Positions 31,837 through 42,494 of a stretch of 64,000 bases of DNA are shown piece after piece. Location of the stretch: positions 352,001 to 416,000 of the forward strand of contig CAWIKF010000002.1 of NCBI GenBank assembly GCA_963836755.1, read 5' to 3'. The notes under the pieces are model-generated. The model had not been told where the DNA came from. It saw nothing but the letters and a program-made list of their open reading frames with translations, and did no database searches. The position numbers were made by a program, and so were the translations under genes. The DNA is from an uncultured Verrucomicrobiae bacterium (GTDB lineage Bacteria > Verrucomicrobiota > Verrucomicrobiia > Chthoniobacterales > Chthoniobacteraceae). How positions within the stretch are numbered: position 1 is the first letter of the stretch; each line of letters opens with the position of its first letter.

Positions 31837-34092
31837 GTGCTGTTCATCGCAGTTTTGCGATGTTTGAATGGTGTCAGAAAACACTTTGACTCTGTGAATA
31901 AGCAAAATGGGATTTTCCAGTTCATCATTTTTACTGCCATCATAAGCTGTTTGACCGCGATGGCGTTGGGAGCGGAGAGCTATCTAACGCCGGAATCGCT
32001 GGCAAAGCCACGGGCCCAGATTGCCCTGGCGGATAGTTCGCTGAGAGTGTTCAACCAACGCGGTTGTGTTTCAGTGCGGGATTGGACGGTGTGCGGCGTC
32101 AAGTTGGTGCGCTTTCCTCCCATCAATCTTGTAGATTACCGTTTTGGCCTTTCCTTTCGCGAGCGGACCACCGGCACGCTGATTGTGGACAATCAGGATG
32201 AGTATCAAGACCCGCTTTACCTCAACCAGCGAGAGAAGGATCCTGATCTCCTGATTAGCCAGGATGCGACGTGGCAACCGAACCTTTACACCCGCACGGG
32301 CACCTATCATCGGTATTATAAAGACCAGCTGATTTCCTTCGGCGTCACCTCAAAGTTAAGCGTTTCCGCCGAGGCCGATGAAATATATCTGGCGGTGGAC
32401 GTGACCAATCGTGGTGCGGAGACGCTCGACCTGACAGTGATGCCCGACCAAGTCAAAGCGACGAATACCCGTCCTGACGTCGTGCTCTCTCCTCTCGCCG
32501 GAACTTTGCAACCGAAGCAGCCGGCGGCGGGCATCCGTCCGCCCGTTTTTACCTATCGCGACAAGGGCTGGCAGGTTGCCGCCGCCAGCGATCTGCCGCT
32601 GGCAGGCGACGCTGGGTGGGATTTGGAAATCCCGGCGAATAGCCACAAGCTTTTCCGCCTGGTGCTGTCACTGGCGAAGGCATCTGATACCGTGCAACCG
32701 CCCAGTCAGGCGTCTGATCTGGCCGCGCGCATTGAGCGCGGGCAACAGGCTACCCGCGAGGAATTGACTTGGGCCGCCGAGCGCCTGCCGCAGATTTACA
32801 CCAACTCCAAGGCACTGGACGAGTTTTACCGACGCTCGGAGCTGACCCTGCTGATGTGTCGATTGAAGCGTCCCGATTATATCGTCACTCCCTTCTATGA
32901 CTACGGCAAATTGGATGGGGCTTCTGTGCTCTGGGACTTGTCGTTTGCCTCGCCCACCATCGCCCTGCTGGAACCCGAGGCGCTCAAAGGCATGGTGCAA
33001 GCACATCTGAAATCGGGGATTTTCAATGCGACTTATACCAATTGGCAAGGCAGGGGCCACGGCTGGTATGCGCAGAGCCCTTTTGCCCTTTTAAAGATCG
33101 TCAATGACTATCTCGCTCAGACCGGCGACACCAAATGGCTGGATGAAACCACTCCGGGCCAGCCTTCGCTTTATGAGCAACTTTGTTACGTCGGCACGCA
33201 ATTTCATAAACGCTACGCACGGAGCGACGGCCTGATCGACATCGGTAGCAACACCACTGACATGTTGGAAATTCGCACCAGCGATTACTATCACGTGCTC
33301 CCCGCGATCAACGGCCTGGCCAGCGATTACTATCGCCAAATGGCCGGATGGGCCGAGACCCGCCACGACCCGCGCGCGACCGACTTCAAGCAGTGGAGCC
33401 AACAACTTGCGGACGGAGTGCAGACCAAGATGTGGGATCAGCCGGCAGGATGGTTTGTGGGCCTTTTCCCCGACAACTCCCGGCATCTGGTGATGAGCTA
33501 TCATCTGTTCGATCTTTTGGACTGCACCTCCATCCGCGCGGACCAGCGTCAGGCCTTGGTGGAGCATTTAAAGAAGGGTGACTTTAGCGACACCTTCGGG
33601 CTGCACTCCATCGCGCCTTCCGACCGCATTCACTACGACCGAGAAGACTGCGACTGGGGCGGCGGCGGACAATACATTGGAATGAGCGCGCGGATTATCG
33701 AGTCGCTCTACCGACTGGGCGAACGCGCCACCGCGTGGGACATCCTGAAACGTTGCACGCGCTGGACCGAAGCGTTTCCGTATTGGCCGCAAACCGTTTA
33801 TGCCGACCAACTGGCCTTGCAGCCACATCAGATCGATTGGCCGCTGCAGCTTTCCGGCGGTGGCTGTGTGACCGCGGTGACAGCGGGCGTCTTTGGCATT
33901 CATCCGCAACTTGATGGCACCCTTGAGTTCGAGCCGAGCTGCGAACCGGAGTTAGGTGAGGCCCGTTTGAGCGGCTACCATTTTCGTGACAACACGTACG
34001 ATGTGGAGATGACAAAAAGCGGCTTCCGCGTTTATAAGAATGGCCATCTTGCGACTCAAGGACATCCCGGGGAGAAGGTGGAGTATCGGTGA
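31837..34092 (+). CDS. Secreted (alpha/alpha)6-barrel glycoside hydrolase (GH63/MGH1-like); start uncertain
   Basis: Hydrophobic leader, WDLSF, DYL..TGD..WL, KMWD...GWF, FGLHSI, DWGGGG.Y.G, GVFGI.P. Confidence 0.7.
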   Translation: MLFIAVLRCLNGVRKHFDSVNKQNGIFQFIIFTAIISCLTAMALGAESYLTPESLAKPRAQIALADSSLRVFNQRGCVSVRDWTVCGVKLVRFPPINLVDYRFGLSFRERTTGTLIVDNQDEYQDPLYLNQREKDPDLLISQDATWQPNLYTRTGTYHRYYKDQLISFGVTSKLSVSAEADEIYLAVDVTNRGAETLDLTVMPDQVKATNTRPDVVLSPLAGTLQPKQPAAGIRPPVFTYRDKGWQVAAASDLPLAGDAGWDLEIPANSHKLFRLVLSLAKASDTVQPPSQASDLAARIERGQQATREELTWAAERLPQIYTNSKALDEFYRRSELTLLMCRLKRPDYIVTPFYDYGKLDGASVLWDLSFASPTIALLEPEALKGMVQAHLKSGIFNATYTNWQGRGHGWYAQSPFALLKIVNDYLAQTGDTKWLDETTPGQPSLYEQLCYVGTQFHKRYARSDGLIDIGSNTTDMLEIRTSDYYHVLPAINGLASDYYRQMAGWAETRHDPRATDFKQWSQQLADGVQTKMWDQPAGWFVGLFPDNSRHLVMSYHLFDLLDCTSIRADQRQALVEHLKKGDFSDTFGLHSIAPSDRIHYDREDCDWGGGGQYIGMSARIIESLYRLGERATAWDILKRCTRWTEAFPYWPQTVYADQLALQPHQIDWPLQLSGGGCVTAVTAGVFGIHPQLDGTLEFEPSCEPELGEARLSGYHFRDNTYDVEMTKSGFRVYKNGHLATQGHPGEKVEYR

Positions 34093-34306
34093 AATTTCCA
34101 TGCCGCCACGAAGGAACATGCACAGCACCGGAATCGCCTCCATTCCCATAAATTGCCTCAGCTCCTCCTCCAGCTTGAACTTAAGCTCCCGTAAACGGAA
34201 GTAATCTAAGCGGCGGGCAACATCACGGAGACAATCGGGATGAGGAGATGTGTTTTCATGGCGTGCTTTGGTTATTGTCGATAGGTGAGCGGCTAGCAAC
34301 ACCTAC

Positions 34307-34368
34307 CGTGAACTGCGACAGCGGAATTGACCGCGCCAACAGCGGGCTGGTCCAGTGACTTGTTAGAC
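34307..34368 (-). other. Truncated attC-like site downstream of a low-GC ORF
   Basis: Minus strand, 27 bp after the CPBP stop: GTCTAAC (RYYYAAC)-AAGTCACTGGACCAGCCCGCTGTTGGCGCGGTCAATTCCGCTGTCGCAGTTCACG. The GTTRRRY arm is missing. Confidence 0.5.
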
Positions 34369-34395
34369 CGCAACATCCGCCGCCTCTCTACGATA

Positions 34396-34893
34396 TTATG
34401 GGAGCCAGAACAGCAGGCAAAGTAAAACCAGGTAACTGGACATATTAACTGCGAGCGTATTAGCTAGACCAAATCTAAATCCAATAGACGGAGCCAAATC
34501 AAAATGAGTGAAATCTATCAACTCATGAGCAATAGCAAGAACCAATAACAAGGCCCCACAATATCGTGTCACGGCAAACAACAGCCCTACAAAAAGTGCA
34601 ATACCCGCCGATACCACATCAATGTGTATATGCATCAAACCAAAGAATACACTTCCGACGATAATCGCCACCGCCGGGCGATCTGGAAAATGTGCAAACC
34701 AAATGCCACGAAACCAGGGCTCCTCCGTAAAACCGACGAGACAAATAAAACAGATAATCTGGCCAAAGACAGCCAGGGGATTGATATGCCTCACCGACAA
34801 CGATCGCGTAGTGAAAACTGAGAAGTTAAGCGCAACCACTCCGGCAAAAACCAAAAGTGCGAACGGCCATCCTCGCAAGCTGAACAAGTCCAC
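34396..34893 (-). pseudogene. CPBP/Abi intramembrane glutamic protease, 5'-truncated
   Basis: GFTEEPWFRG, FGLMH, AIAHELID. Low GC; in-frame stop just upstream; 5' end replaced by the 34963 repeat. Confidence 0.75.
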
Positions 34894-34962
34894 CCGGTCG
34901 CGATACTATCGCCAGACAAACAATAGGCCGCCTCCCATCATAAATAAGTTGCCCGTACAGTT

Positions 34963-35085
34963 GAACCCTTCTGTGTCTTGCGCCACGATCATATCGCTCT
35001 TTCCACCTCTGCCGCTCACAATGCCGTCAATTGCGGCTGCGCAATGTTGAGGCCGACGCGCCCCCAGCCACTTTGCCATTGCATT
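34963..35085 (+). repeat. 123-bp copy of the 3' end of the TPR gene at 61423..62805
   Basis: Matches 62642-62764 with 4 mismatches (gaacccttctgtgtcttgcgccacga...ttgccattgcatt). Confidence 0.92.
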
Positions 35086-35300
35086 CCGTTCTTCCCCACG
35101 GGTTCGCCGGACACTGCCAATGCCGGTAGAGCCGGGTTTTGCGCCCGACGAGGGAACTGGACCCTATTCAGATTATTTCCAGTCGCCAAGCCCCGCCTTT
35201 GCTTGCATTTTCCAATTGCCTCAAGTGCTCACCAACTTGTTATTTCTCAAATTTAGCCATCACATGCCAAACCTCATGAATAAGAATAGGGCTGCCACCC

Positions 35301-35676
35301 TCACACCTTCATTACCTGTCGCAGCCGTTCCGCGGCTGTTGGTGCATAGTGGGAGCGGTTGTTGTTGAAGACAACATGGACTTGTTGCACCTGCTGACTT
35401 AGAGACTCCACCCGTTCCGCAACTTCATCTAACTCCCTTTCTGAATAATCATAATCAAAACGATCTGCCACGGTCTTTCCAGTAGTGTAAGCATGTTCGT
35501 CCCTGCCATGCAGACGAAGGTAGGCCAGTGACGGCGAGGTGATCACATCAAATGTCGGGATGATGGTGAAGTGTTCGCCTTTGGGCGCATCAACCATGAC
35601 AAGCGGAACTTTTCGCTCTTGAAACCAAGCGACCGTCGTATCGCGTTGTTCGCCAGTCATCCACTCTCGGTTGCGC
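35301..35676 (-). pseudogene. DUF72 protein, C-terminal fragment
   Basis: RNREW...LVMVDAP...AYLRLHGR...RFDYDYS..EL...VVFNNN...AP..A. Breaks exactly at the left edge of repeat copy 2. Confidence 0.85.
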
Positions 35677-36037
35677 GAAAATCATGAGACGCCGGCATGG
35701 CAAGACAGTTAAAGGGCTATCATTAGGGGGATGCATACAATCCATGTTTCTTTTGCCGAAGTCATCCCAATGGCTCCGCGCTTGGACGCTTGAGGGTGCG
35801 CATCCTACCCGTCGTAATGGACGGGAACTTAGCGCAAGCATAAGGATTCTCGATTAGTAACTATCCTATCTGAGCGCGGTATGCCAAAGTTAGTCTTCAA
35901 ATTTCCTGCACATGAAGCAAGCCCAGCTGAAAAAATACCGGCCGCGATGAACGTGGTTGGTCAGACACATAAGTTCTTGGTGGCGATCGCCACATCGCTT
36001 TCTCTTTCAGTCCTCGCCCACGCGGCGCCCACACCGG
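35676..36037 (+). repeat. About 360-bp upstream region + signal-peptide module, copy 2
   Basis: Aligns with 25339-25699; encodes MNVVGQTHKFLVAIATSLSLSVLAHAA. Confidence 0.93.
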
Positions 36038-38532
36038 CCGCGGCCCCCGCCCCGCGCTCGGCGACGACTATGCCCTTCAAGCCCGCACTGGCCGCTTTAC
36101 TGGCCTCCCACGGCGGCCCACAAAAACCCAGGCTAATCTTCCGCCCCTCGCCCCCACCCCCGCTTACGCCTTGGGAAGAATTGAAGACCTTCAAGCTGCC
36201 GCCCGGCTTCAAGATTGAATTGGTCGCCGCGGAGCCCTTGGTGCAGGCGCCCACGTCCATCAGCTTCGACGATCAGGATGCGATGTATGTCGTAGAAATG
36301 CGCGATTACATGAACGACATCGCCGATTCTGAAAAAGAAAGCCCAACCGGCCGCGTCTCTAAGCTCACCTCCAGCAAGGGTGATGGCGTCATGGACCGGT
36401 CCACCATCTTCGCGGACCATTTGGTCGAGCCGCGAGCGGTCATGGCATTCGGCGACGGAGCCCTGATCGGCGAGCCGCCAAACCTCTCATATTACCGCGA
36501 TACCAAGGGCGCCGGCGTAGCGGATACCATCGAAGTCATCGACACCGCATTCGGCACCCGCAACGGCCAGCCGGAGCACATGGCCAACCAACCGACATGG
36601 ATGCTTGATAACTGGATATGGTGTTGCAACCACTCCGTGCGCTACCGCTGGAGCCAGGGGAAATTTATTCCCGCCAGGACAGCCACCTTCGGCCAATGGG
36701 GCTTGAGCCAGGACGATTGGGGCCGGCTTTTTTTTAATTACAACAGCAACCTGCTCTTCAGTAATCCCGTGCCGCCTGAGGATTACCGCAACCCGCATAT
36801 CCGCCCGCAGCTCGGCGTAAACCAGGAGGTCATCCGCGACCAGACCGTCTGGCCCTCCCATCCTACGCCCGGTGTCAATCGCGGCTACGGGTCCCAAGTC
36901 TTGCGCACCGATGGGACGCTCGCGGCTACGACGGCCGCCTGCGGCCCCTGCATCTACCGCGGAGATCTCTTCCCGAAGGAGTATGAGGGGAACGCCTTCG
37001 TCCCTGAGCCAGCAGGCAACCTAGTAAAGCGGCTGGTGCTCACCGATTCCAACGGCTTGATCAGCGGCGTCAGCCCTTATCAGAAGATGGATTTCCTCAC
37101 CTCGACCGATGAGCGGTTTCGCCCGGTCAATACTTACACCGGCACGGACGGCGCGCTCTATATCGTCGATATGTATCGCGGAGTCATTCAGCACCAAGGA
37201 TTCCTCACCACCTATCTCGCCGAAAATATCGTGGATCGGAAACTTGAGGAACCGCTGAACTGCGGCCGCATCTTCCGGGTGGTGCCGGTGGGAGCGGTAG
37301 TGAAGCCGGTGAAATTGCCCATCGAGAATCCGTCCAGGATCGTTCCCTATCTCTGCCACCCGAACGGCTGGGTGCGTGATACCGCCCAGCGCCTGCTGGT
37401 GCAATACGGCGATAAATCGGTCGTCGATGCCATCGAGAAAATCGCGGCCGCCGGCCCGAGCACGCAGGCGAAGGTCCAGGCTCTCTGGACGCTCGAGGGG
37501 CTCGGCGCGGTCGACCCGCAATTTATGGCCGGCCGCCTTGCCGATCCTGAGCCGCAGGTGCGGATCGCGGTCATTCGCATCGCCGGCAGCGCCCTGCTGC
37601 CCGCTGTGGAAAAGATGGTGAACGATCCAGATCCCGAAGTGCGGATGCACGTAGCTTTTCTGCTGCCCCCCGGTTCCGAGACCGACGTTTTGCGGCTGGC
37701 ATTGCTCCGAAAGGGAGGAACGCCGCTGATTCTGGATGGAATCGCCTCCGGGCTTGCGGATCGGGAGCTGGTTTTTATGTCAGAGGTGTTGGAGGATAAA
37801 TCGCTGGATGGGTTGAACCACGGAATTCTGACCCGGCTCGCCACGTGCATTATGAACCACGGGAATCGCAGCCAGGTATCCGAACTGCTCAAGCTAACCG
37901 CATCGTTGCCAGATGGCAGCGAGAAGCTGGCCATCCTGCGCGGGATGACGCCAGTGCGGACCCGGCTGATCTACCTGACCGCGAAGCCCGCGCTCCTCAA
38001 TGCGCTCGCCTCCTCCTCCAACCCTGCTCTGAAGAAGCTGGCCACCAGTCTCAATGCCCGCCTTGCATGGCGGGGCAAGCCTGGCGTCCCGCCGCCTCCC
38101 GTGGTCGCGCCGCTTACGGCGGCCCAACAGGTGCTCTTTGATAAAGGCCGGAAGATTTACTCCGGCCTCTGCATCGCGTGCCACCAGCAGGGAGGGGACG
38201 GGCTCGCCGGGCTGGCGCCGCCGCTCGAAGGATCGGAGTGGGTGGAAGGCGCCGCAGACCGTCCCATCCGCATCGTGCTCAAGGGGCTCGTCGGTCCGGT
38301 GACCGTAGATGGCACCGAATGGAACCTCGAGATGCCCGCTCTCGCAATGCTCACCGATGACGATATCGCCTCGACGTTGACCTATGTGCGGCGGGCATGG
38401 GATAATACCGGCACGCCGATAACCGCGGAGCAGGTCACCGCGCTGCGCATCGCCCTCAAGAATCGCGTGCAGCCATGGACCGCGGCGGATCTTGGCGAGA
38501 GCCGGAAGAAGCAGGCCGAAAGCAGCAACTGA
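35947..38532 (+). CDS. PVC-type heme-binding CxxCH protein (sorbosone-dehydrogenase-like propeller + HEAT repeats + cytochrome c)
   Basis: FKLPPGFKIELVAAEP, YVVEMRDYM, GQWGLSQDDWGRLFFN.NS, STDERFRPV, DMYRG.IQH, HPNGWVRDTAQRLL, CIACHQ..G.G....APPL. Confidence 0.9.
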   Translation: MNVVGQTHKFLVAIATSLSLSVLAHAAPTPAAAPAPRSATTMPFKPALAALLASHGGPQKPRLIFRPSPPPPLTPWEELKTFKLPPGFKIELVAAEPLVQAPTSISFDDQDAMYVVEMRDYMNDIADSEKESPTGRVSKLTSSKGDGVMDRSTIFADHLVEPRAVMAFGDGALIGEPPNLSYYRDTKGAGVADTIEVIDTAFGTRNGQPEHMANQPTWMLDNWIWCCNHSVRYRWSQGKFIPARTATFGQWGLSQDDWGRLFFNYNSNLLFSNPVPPEDYRNPHIRPQLGVNQEVIRDQTVWPSHPTPGVNRGYGSQVLRTDGTLAATTAACGPCIYRGDLFPKEYEGNAFVPEPAGNLVKRLVLTDSNGLISGVSPYQKMDFLTSTDERFRPVNTYTGTDGALYIVDMYRGVIQHQGFLTTYLAENIVDRKLEEPLNCGRIFRVVPVGAVVKPVKLPIENPSRIVPYLCHPNGWVRDTAQRLLVQYGDKSVVDAIEKIAAAGPSTQAKVQALWTLEGLGAVDPQFMAGRLADPEPQVRIAVIRIAGSALLPAVEKMVNDPDPEVRMHVAFLLPPGSETDVLRLALLRKGGTPLILDGIASGLADRELVFMSEVLEDKSLDGLNHGILTRLATCIMNHGNRSQVSELLKLTASLPDGSEKLAILRGMTPVRTRLIYLTAKPALLNALASSSNPALKKLATSLNARLAWRGKPGVPPPPVVAPLTAAQQVLFDKGRKIYSGLCIACHQQGGDGLAGLAPPLEGSEWVEGAADRPIRIVLKGLVGPVTVDGTEWNLEMPALAMLTDDDIASTLTYVRRAWDNTGTPITAEQVTALRIALKNRVQPWTAADLGESRKKQAESSN

Positions 38533-38606
38533 TGGAGAATTTCCGGTTCGTCATCGCAGGCACCGGCGGCATCAGCGCCACCTATCTACGCACTGAGAAA
38601 GCTTAG
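38532..38606 (+). pseudogene. N-terminal stub of a Gfo/Idh/MocA-type oxidoreductase
   Basis: MENFRFVIAGTGGISATY, with its ATG overlapping the upstream TGA; stops after 24 codons. Confidence 0.5.
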
Positions 38607-38962
38607 GCAACGGTGCCGTCGGCGTTGAGCGTGCTATACCAGAATGTTACAAAAAACGATCCGGGCGGACGACATAAACGCCCCTGCGCACGGATCCTTC
38701 TCACGCTTAAGCTGAGAACAACCCGAAAGGAACTTTTGAGAATCCCAAACTTTCATCGACTTGCTTCACTCTACGGACGCTGCGGACGGCTATTTCGCAC
38801 TCCTTTTAGAATTCTGAGTGAAGAGAGCAGCCGGATCGCCAGTTCGACATTCCCAAAGTAAGTCACTAAATAGCGTCCGTGGCTCTCCTTATAGCACTCG
38901 GTTAATCGTCTTTAGGGCATGGCGTGACGCACGGAGCCATTTAGCTGCATTCCATGGTTAGG

Positions 38963-39610
38963 TGTCATGTTTCAAGAGGTTGTCCGCACGGGGAAGGTCT
39001 GGCAGGCTGGTGGTGGATGAAAACTCAACCCTTAATCATTCCGCACGGACAACATGCACGCTAATGCCACTCTCACTCTTTAAGTCGAGCACAAATGGTG
39101 CGCGAGATCCTCACCTTGGGTTTGACTTTGCGGGCGGCGGCCGCCGCACGCAAGGTCAGTGAAAAGACGGTCCGCAAATGGCTGCGCCGCGCCAAAGACG
39201 AAGGCTTTAAGCCGCGTCTGGAGGACCGTTCCTCCCGCCCAAAACATCAGCCGCGCAAGACTCCCGCGCAGCTCGAGGAACAGATTCTCGCCTTTCGCCG
39301 CCAGCGCCGTTCCTACGCCCAGATCCTCATGGTTCTCCCTGTTTCAAAAGCCACGCTCTCCCGCGTGCTGCGCCGCCATCATCTCAACCGCCTCTCCTGC
39401 CTGGAACCTCCAAAACCTCCCGCTGTCCGCTACGAACGCGCAGCTCCCGGCGAGCTCCTTCACCTCGACATCAAGAAGCTGGGCCGCTTCGCAAAGCCAG
39501 GCGTTCGCGCCACCGGCGACCGTTCCCATCGCAACCCGGGCTCCGGCGTGGAGAGCCTGCACGTCGCCATCGATGATCACAGCCGCCTCGCTTTCGCCTG
39601 TCTGCTCCCT
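38963..39610 (+). mobile_element. IS481-family element, 3'-truncated
   Basis: Left end TGTCATGTTTCAAGAGGTTG; MHANATLT start, HTH (VSEKTVRKWLRR, LEDRSSRP), RYER..PGELLHLDIKKLG, HVAIDDHSRLAF. Rest of the DDE domain and the right IR are absent. Confidence 0.9.
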
Positions 39611-39643
39611 AAACGCGTATGGCAGCGTTCATAATCCCCTTGT

Positions 39644-42277
39644 CTATTCTAATCGAGCCCCCGACTTGATCAGCACCACCGCGTCGCGGTCGCCCAGGCT
39701 CACGCTGATTTTCTCCCCAGCCGCCGTCTGATGCACATAAAGCTGCGCCGGGACCAGGATGAGGGCATTGTCGCGCCAGACAAAGTTGCCCATCGGAACT
39801 TCCGTGAATCCTCCCTTGTCGGCAAACGCCGGTGGCGCTGCCATTTTGGTTGCCATGATATAAACCTTCCCCGGTTTGGTCATGGTAAAAGACAAGTTCG
39901 TGGATTGGTCCGGCTCGGGGGCTTCTGGCTTGACCCGCTTCGACGTATCGATTGGGTCCGGCTTGGTCACGCGGAGCTGGGCGATCCAGGCCGCGCCTTC
40001 GATCTGCGGCGGGATTGTGTTCCAGGAGTTGTCCGCCGTTCCATCGAGGTCGTAATAGAGCGGCCACTGGGCGTGCACGGGCATGTCCATGAAGTAGGCC
40101 GGGTTGTTCGCGTTGCTGCTGGCCAGGTTGGCGATCGGCAGCGTGGCATCGACCGGCGCGGGAGCGGTCGGCGAGCCGTAGTAGTAGATCGTGGCCGAGT
40201 CGCTGTTGCCCTTGTCGTCGGTCGCAGTCACGGTGTTTTTACCCGGATTGAGGGCCACTGGCCAGTAGAACACGTTGTCGACCTTCTCCGGCACGTAGGG
40301 CCGCGGCGGTGGGGGCGGTAGGGGCGGCTCGCCCTTCTTTGCCTTTTTCAAATCTACCTGGGTCAGGTAAGGGCCATTAGGGATGACGTAGTGTCCGTTA
40401 TCGAGCGTGGAAACCGTCTTCCCGTTCAGCATCAGCGTCACTTTCGGCGCATTGCTGTAGACCTTGATGCCGTTGTCCGCCGCGCCGCGCCGCAGGAAGT
40501 AACGCTTCGACGTGATCCAGACCGTCGGCTCATCGGGCCGCAGAAAGGTCCGGTAGAGATAGTAAACATCCTTCCTGTCACCGGCGTAGGTCTCGAGGCC
40601 CTTGGAGTTGATGCCCACGGGGGCCTTGTATTTGGCGTCGCTAAAATCCCGCAGGCACCAGACGCAGAACATGCCCAAGTGCGAATCGTCGCCACGAAAC
40701 GATTTCTGGAAGTTGTTCTCCGAGACGATCTGCTGGTATTCCTCCGGCTCGTATTTGCCAACCTTCCAATCGGCGTTGCCGTAGTCACAGTGCGTGGTGA
40801 CGAGGCCGCCGGCGCCAATCTCGGAAATAAATCCCAGCGGCCTGTAACCGTCCATGTCTTTGTGGTACCAGCCGTAGTAGCAGTGTGCCGTATGAAAATC
40901 GGCCAGCTCCGATTTTTGGTTGGCCACGCCCACCGGACGGGAGGGATCAAGCGCCTTGGCAATCGGCACGCATTGGTCTGCCACCTGCCCGTTGGATTCG
41001 TTGCCCATGCTCCACACGACGATCGAGGGATGGTTGTAGTTCTGCTTTACCATCTCCGTAACAATCTGCGCGGCGGTCGGGCCAACGATGTCCTTGCTGT
41101 TGCTGTGGCCGTCCTCGCACCAGGCGAGAATGCCGTCCTGATCGCAGAGCTCGTACTCCAACGCCGCGTGTGGGTAATGCGGGAAGCGCATAAAATTTAC
41201 TCCGAGATATTGCATGTCGTCGAAGTTCGCCTTCAGGTCTTCCGGCGAGACAGCCGAACCCTTTTCCTCGGTTTCCTGGTGAATGTCCGCTCCGTAAAGG
41301 ATGATCCCCTTCCCGTTCAGCGTCACGCTTCCGCCTGTCCAGTCCCAGTTCAACCAGCGGAACCCGGTCGCCTGCGTCAGTGCGTCCGTCACTTGGCCGT
41401 TCACGCACACGCTCGTCTCGATGTGGTAGAGCTTGCCCTGGTGCGCGCCCCAAAGCTGCGGCTGATTGATCGTGGTGTTCAGCTCCACCGTCGTGCGTCC
41501 ATTAGCGGCAATTTGCGCTGGGGTAGTCAGGGTAGAGACTTCCTTGCCATCGGGATCGATGATCTTCGCGCGAACCTCTGCCTGCGCAGTGGTTGCGGAT
41601 GTATTTCGCAGCAGCACGCGAACGTTCAGGTCGGCCGATTTATCGGAGACGTTTTTTGTGGTTAGATAGACGCCGGGCGCCGCGAAGTCGGTCGGATCAA
41701 TATGGACCTGCGAAGTCGTAACGAGCCAGACATTGCGATAGAGACCACCCCAGACTTTATAGAGCCCAGTAATGCTCCAAGGTAGACAGTCGGTCGTGTT
41801 AGCAGGTGTGTCGTCCACTAGCACCGCAAGCTCGTTGTCGCCGGGGTGCAGCGCCGCGGTGGCGTCGAAGATAAACCGCGTGTAGGCGCCGCGATGCTGG
41901 CCGAGATGCTGGCCGTTGACGTAGACATCGGCGATGCTCGCGGCACCCTCGAAGACGAGGTATTGCTCCTTGCCCTTCGCCGAGGGTTTGATGGTCACCT
42001 GCCGCTTATACCAGCCCTTGGTCAGCGTGTCGTAGGCCGTTCGCGTCTGGAAGTCGTGCGGCACCGATACTGGTGCCCAAGCCGCGGACTTGAAGCCGTC
42101 AGAGTCGACCTCCGGCAGCGGGTCTGTGGCGGCCGTGCCAACAAATTGCCAGTCGGGACCGTTGAGCAGTTGTATCTGCCGTGGTAGACTCGTATCGGCG
42201 CCAGCGTGACGAGGCAGGACGAAAAGCGCGGCCATAGCAAAAAGAAAACTGGCCAATCGGACGGAGGGTAGATTCAT
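39644..42277 (-). CDS. Secreted GH2 glycoside hydrolase (beta-galactosidase/glucuronidase type)
   Basis: Signal peptide, VSVPHD, LVFEGA...ADVYVNG, HRGAYTRF, GGLYRNVWL, RFPHYPH, NHPSIVVWSMGNE, SEIGAG. Confidence 0.92.
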   Translation of the reverse strand: MNLPSVRLASFLFAMAALFVLPRHAGADTSLPRQIQLLNGPDWQFVGTAATDPLPEVDSDGFKSAAWAPVSVPHDFQTRTAYDTLTKGWYKRQVTIKPSAKGKEQYLVFEGAASIADVYVNGQHLGQHRGAYTRFIFDATAALHPGDNELAVLVDDTPANTTDCLPWSITGLYKVWGGLYRNVWLVTTSQVHIDPTDFAAPGVYLTTKNVSDKSADLNVRVLLRNTSATTAQAEVRAKIIDPDGKEVSTLTTPAQIAANGRTTVELNTTINQPQLWGAHQGKLYHIETSVCVNGQVTDALTQATGFRWLNWDWTGGSVTLNGKGIILYGADIHQETEEKGSAVSPEDLKANFDDMQYLGVNFMRFPHYPHAALEYELCDQDGILAWCEDGHSNSKDIVGPTAAQIVTEMVKQNYNHPSIVVWSMGNESNGQVADQCVPIAKALDPSRPVGVANQKSELADFHTAHCYYGWYHKDMDGYRPLGFISEIGAGGLVTTHCDYGNADWKVGKYEPEEYQQIVSENNFQKSFRGDDSHLGMFCVWCLRDFSDAKYKAPVGINSKGLETYAGDRKDVYYLYRTFLRPDEPTVWITSKRYFLRRGAADNGIKVYSNAPKVTLMLNGKTVSTLDNGHYVIPNGPYLTQVDLKKAKKGEPPLPPPPPRPYVPEKVDNVFYWPVALNPGKNTVTATDDKGNSDSATIYYYGSPTAPAPVDATLPIANLASSNANNPAYFMDMPVHAQWPLYYDLDGTADNSWNTIPPQIEGAAWIAQLRVTKPDPIDTSKRVKPEAPEPDQSTNLSFTMTKPGKVYIMATKMAAPPAFADKGGFTEVPMGNFVWRDNALILVPAQLYVHQTAAGEKISVSLGDRDAVVLIKSGARLE

Positions 42278-42494
42278 GGAAGGGTGTGACGAATAAACCC
42301 ACAGGGAGGACCGTAGTTGCGTCCTCTTTTCCTTTGATGGCTAAGGCCCTCAATAGGATTTTACGCTTCCGACGGCGACTGGCTCTAAGGACCGTTCGGC
42401 CTCCACGCACGCGTCGCGTTCTATAATGCAAGGCAGCAGGCGAAGCCAGGCTCTCCCCAAACTCCAAAGGCATTCGAGATTGGAGACTCTCTTT

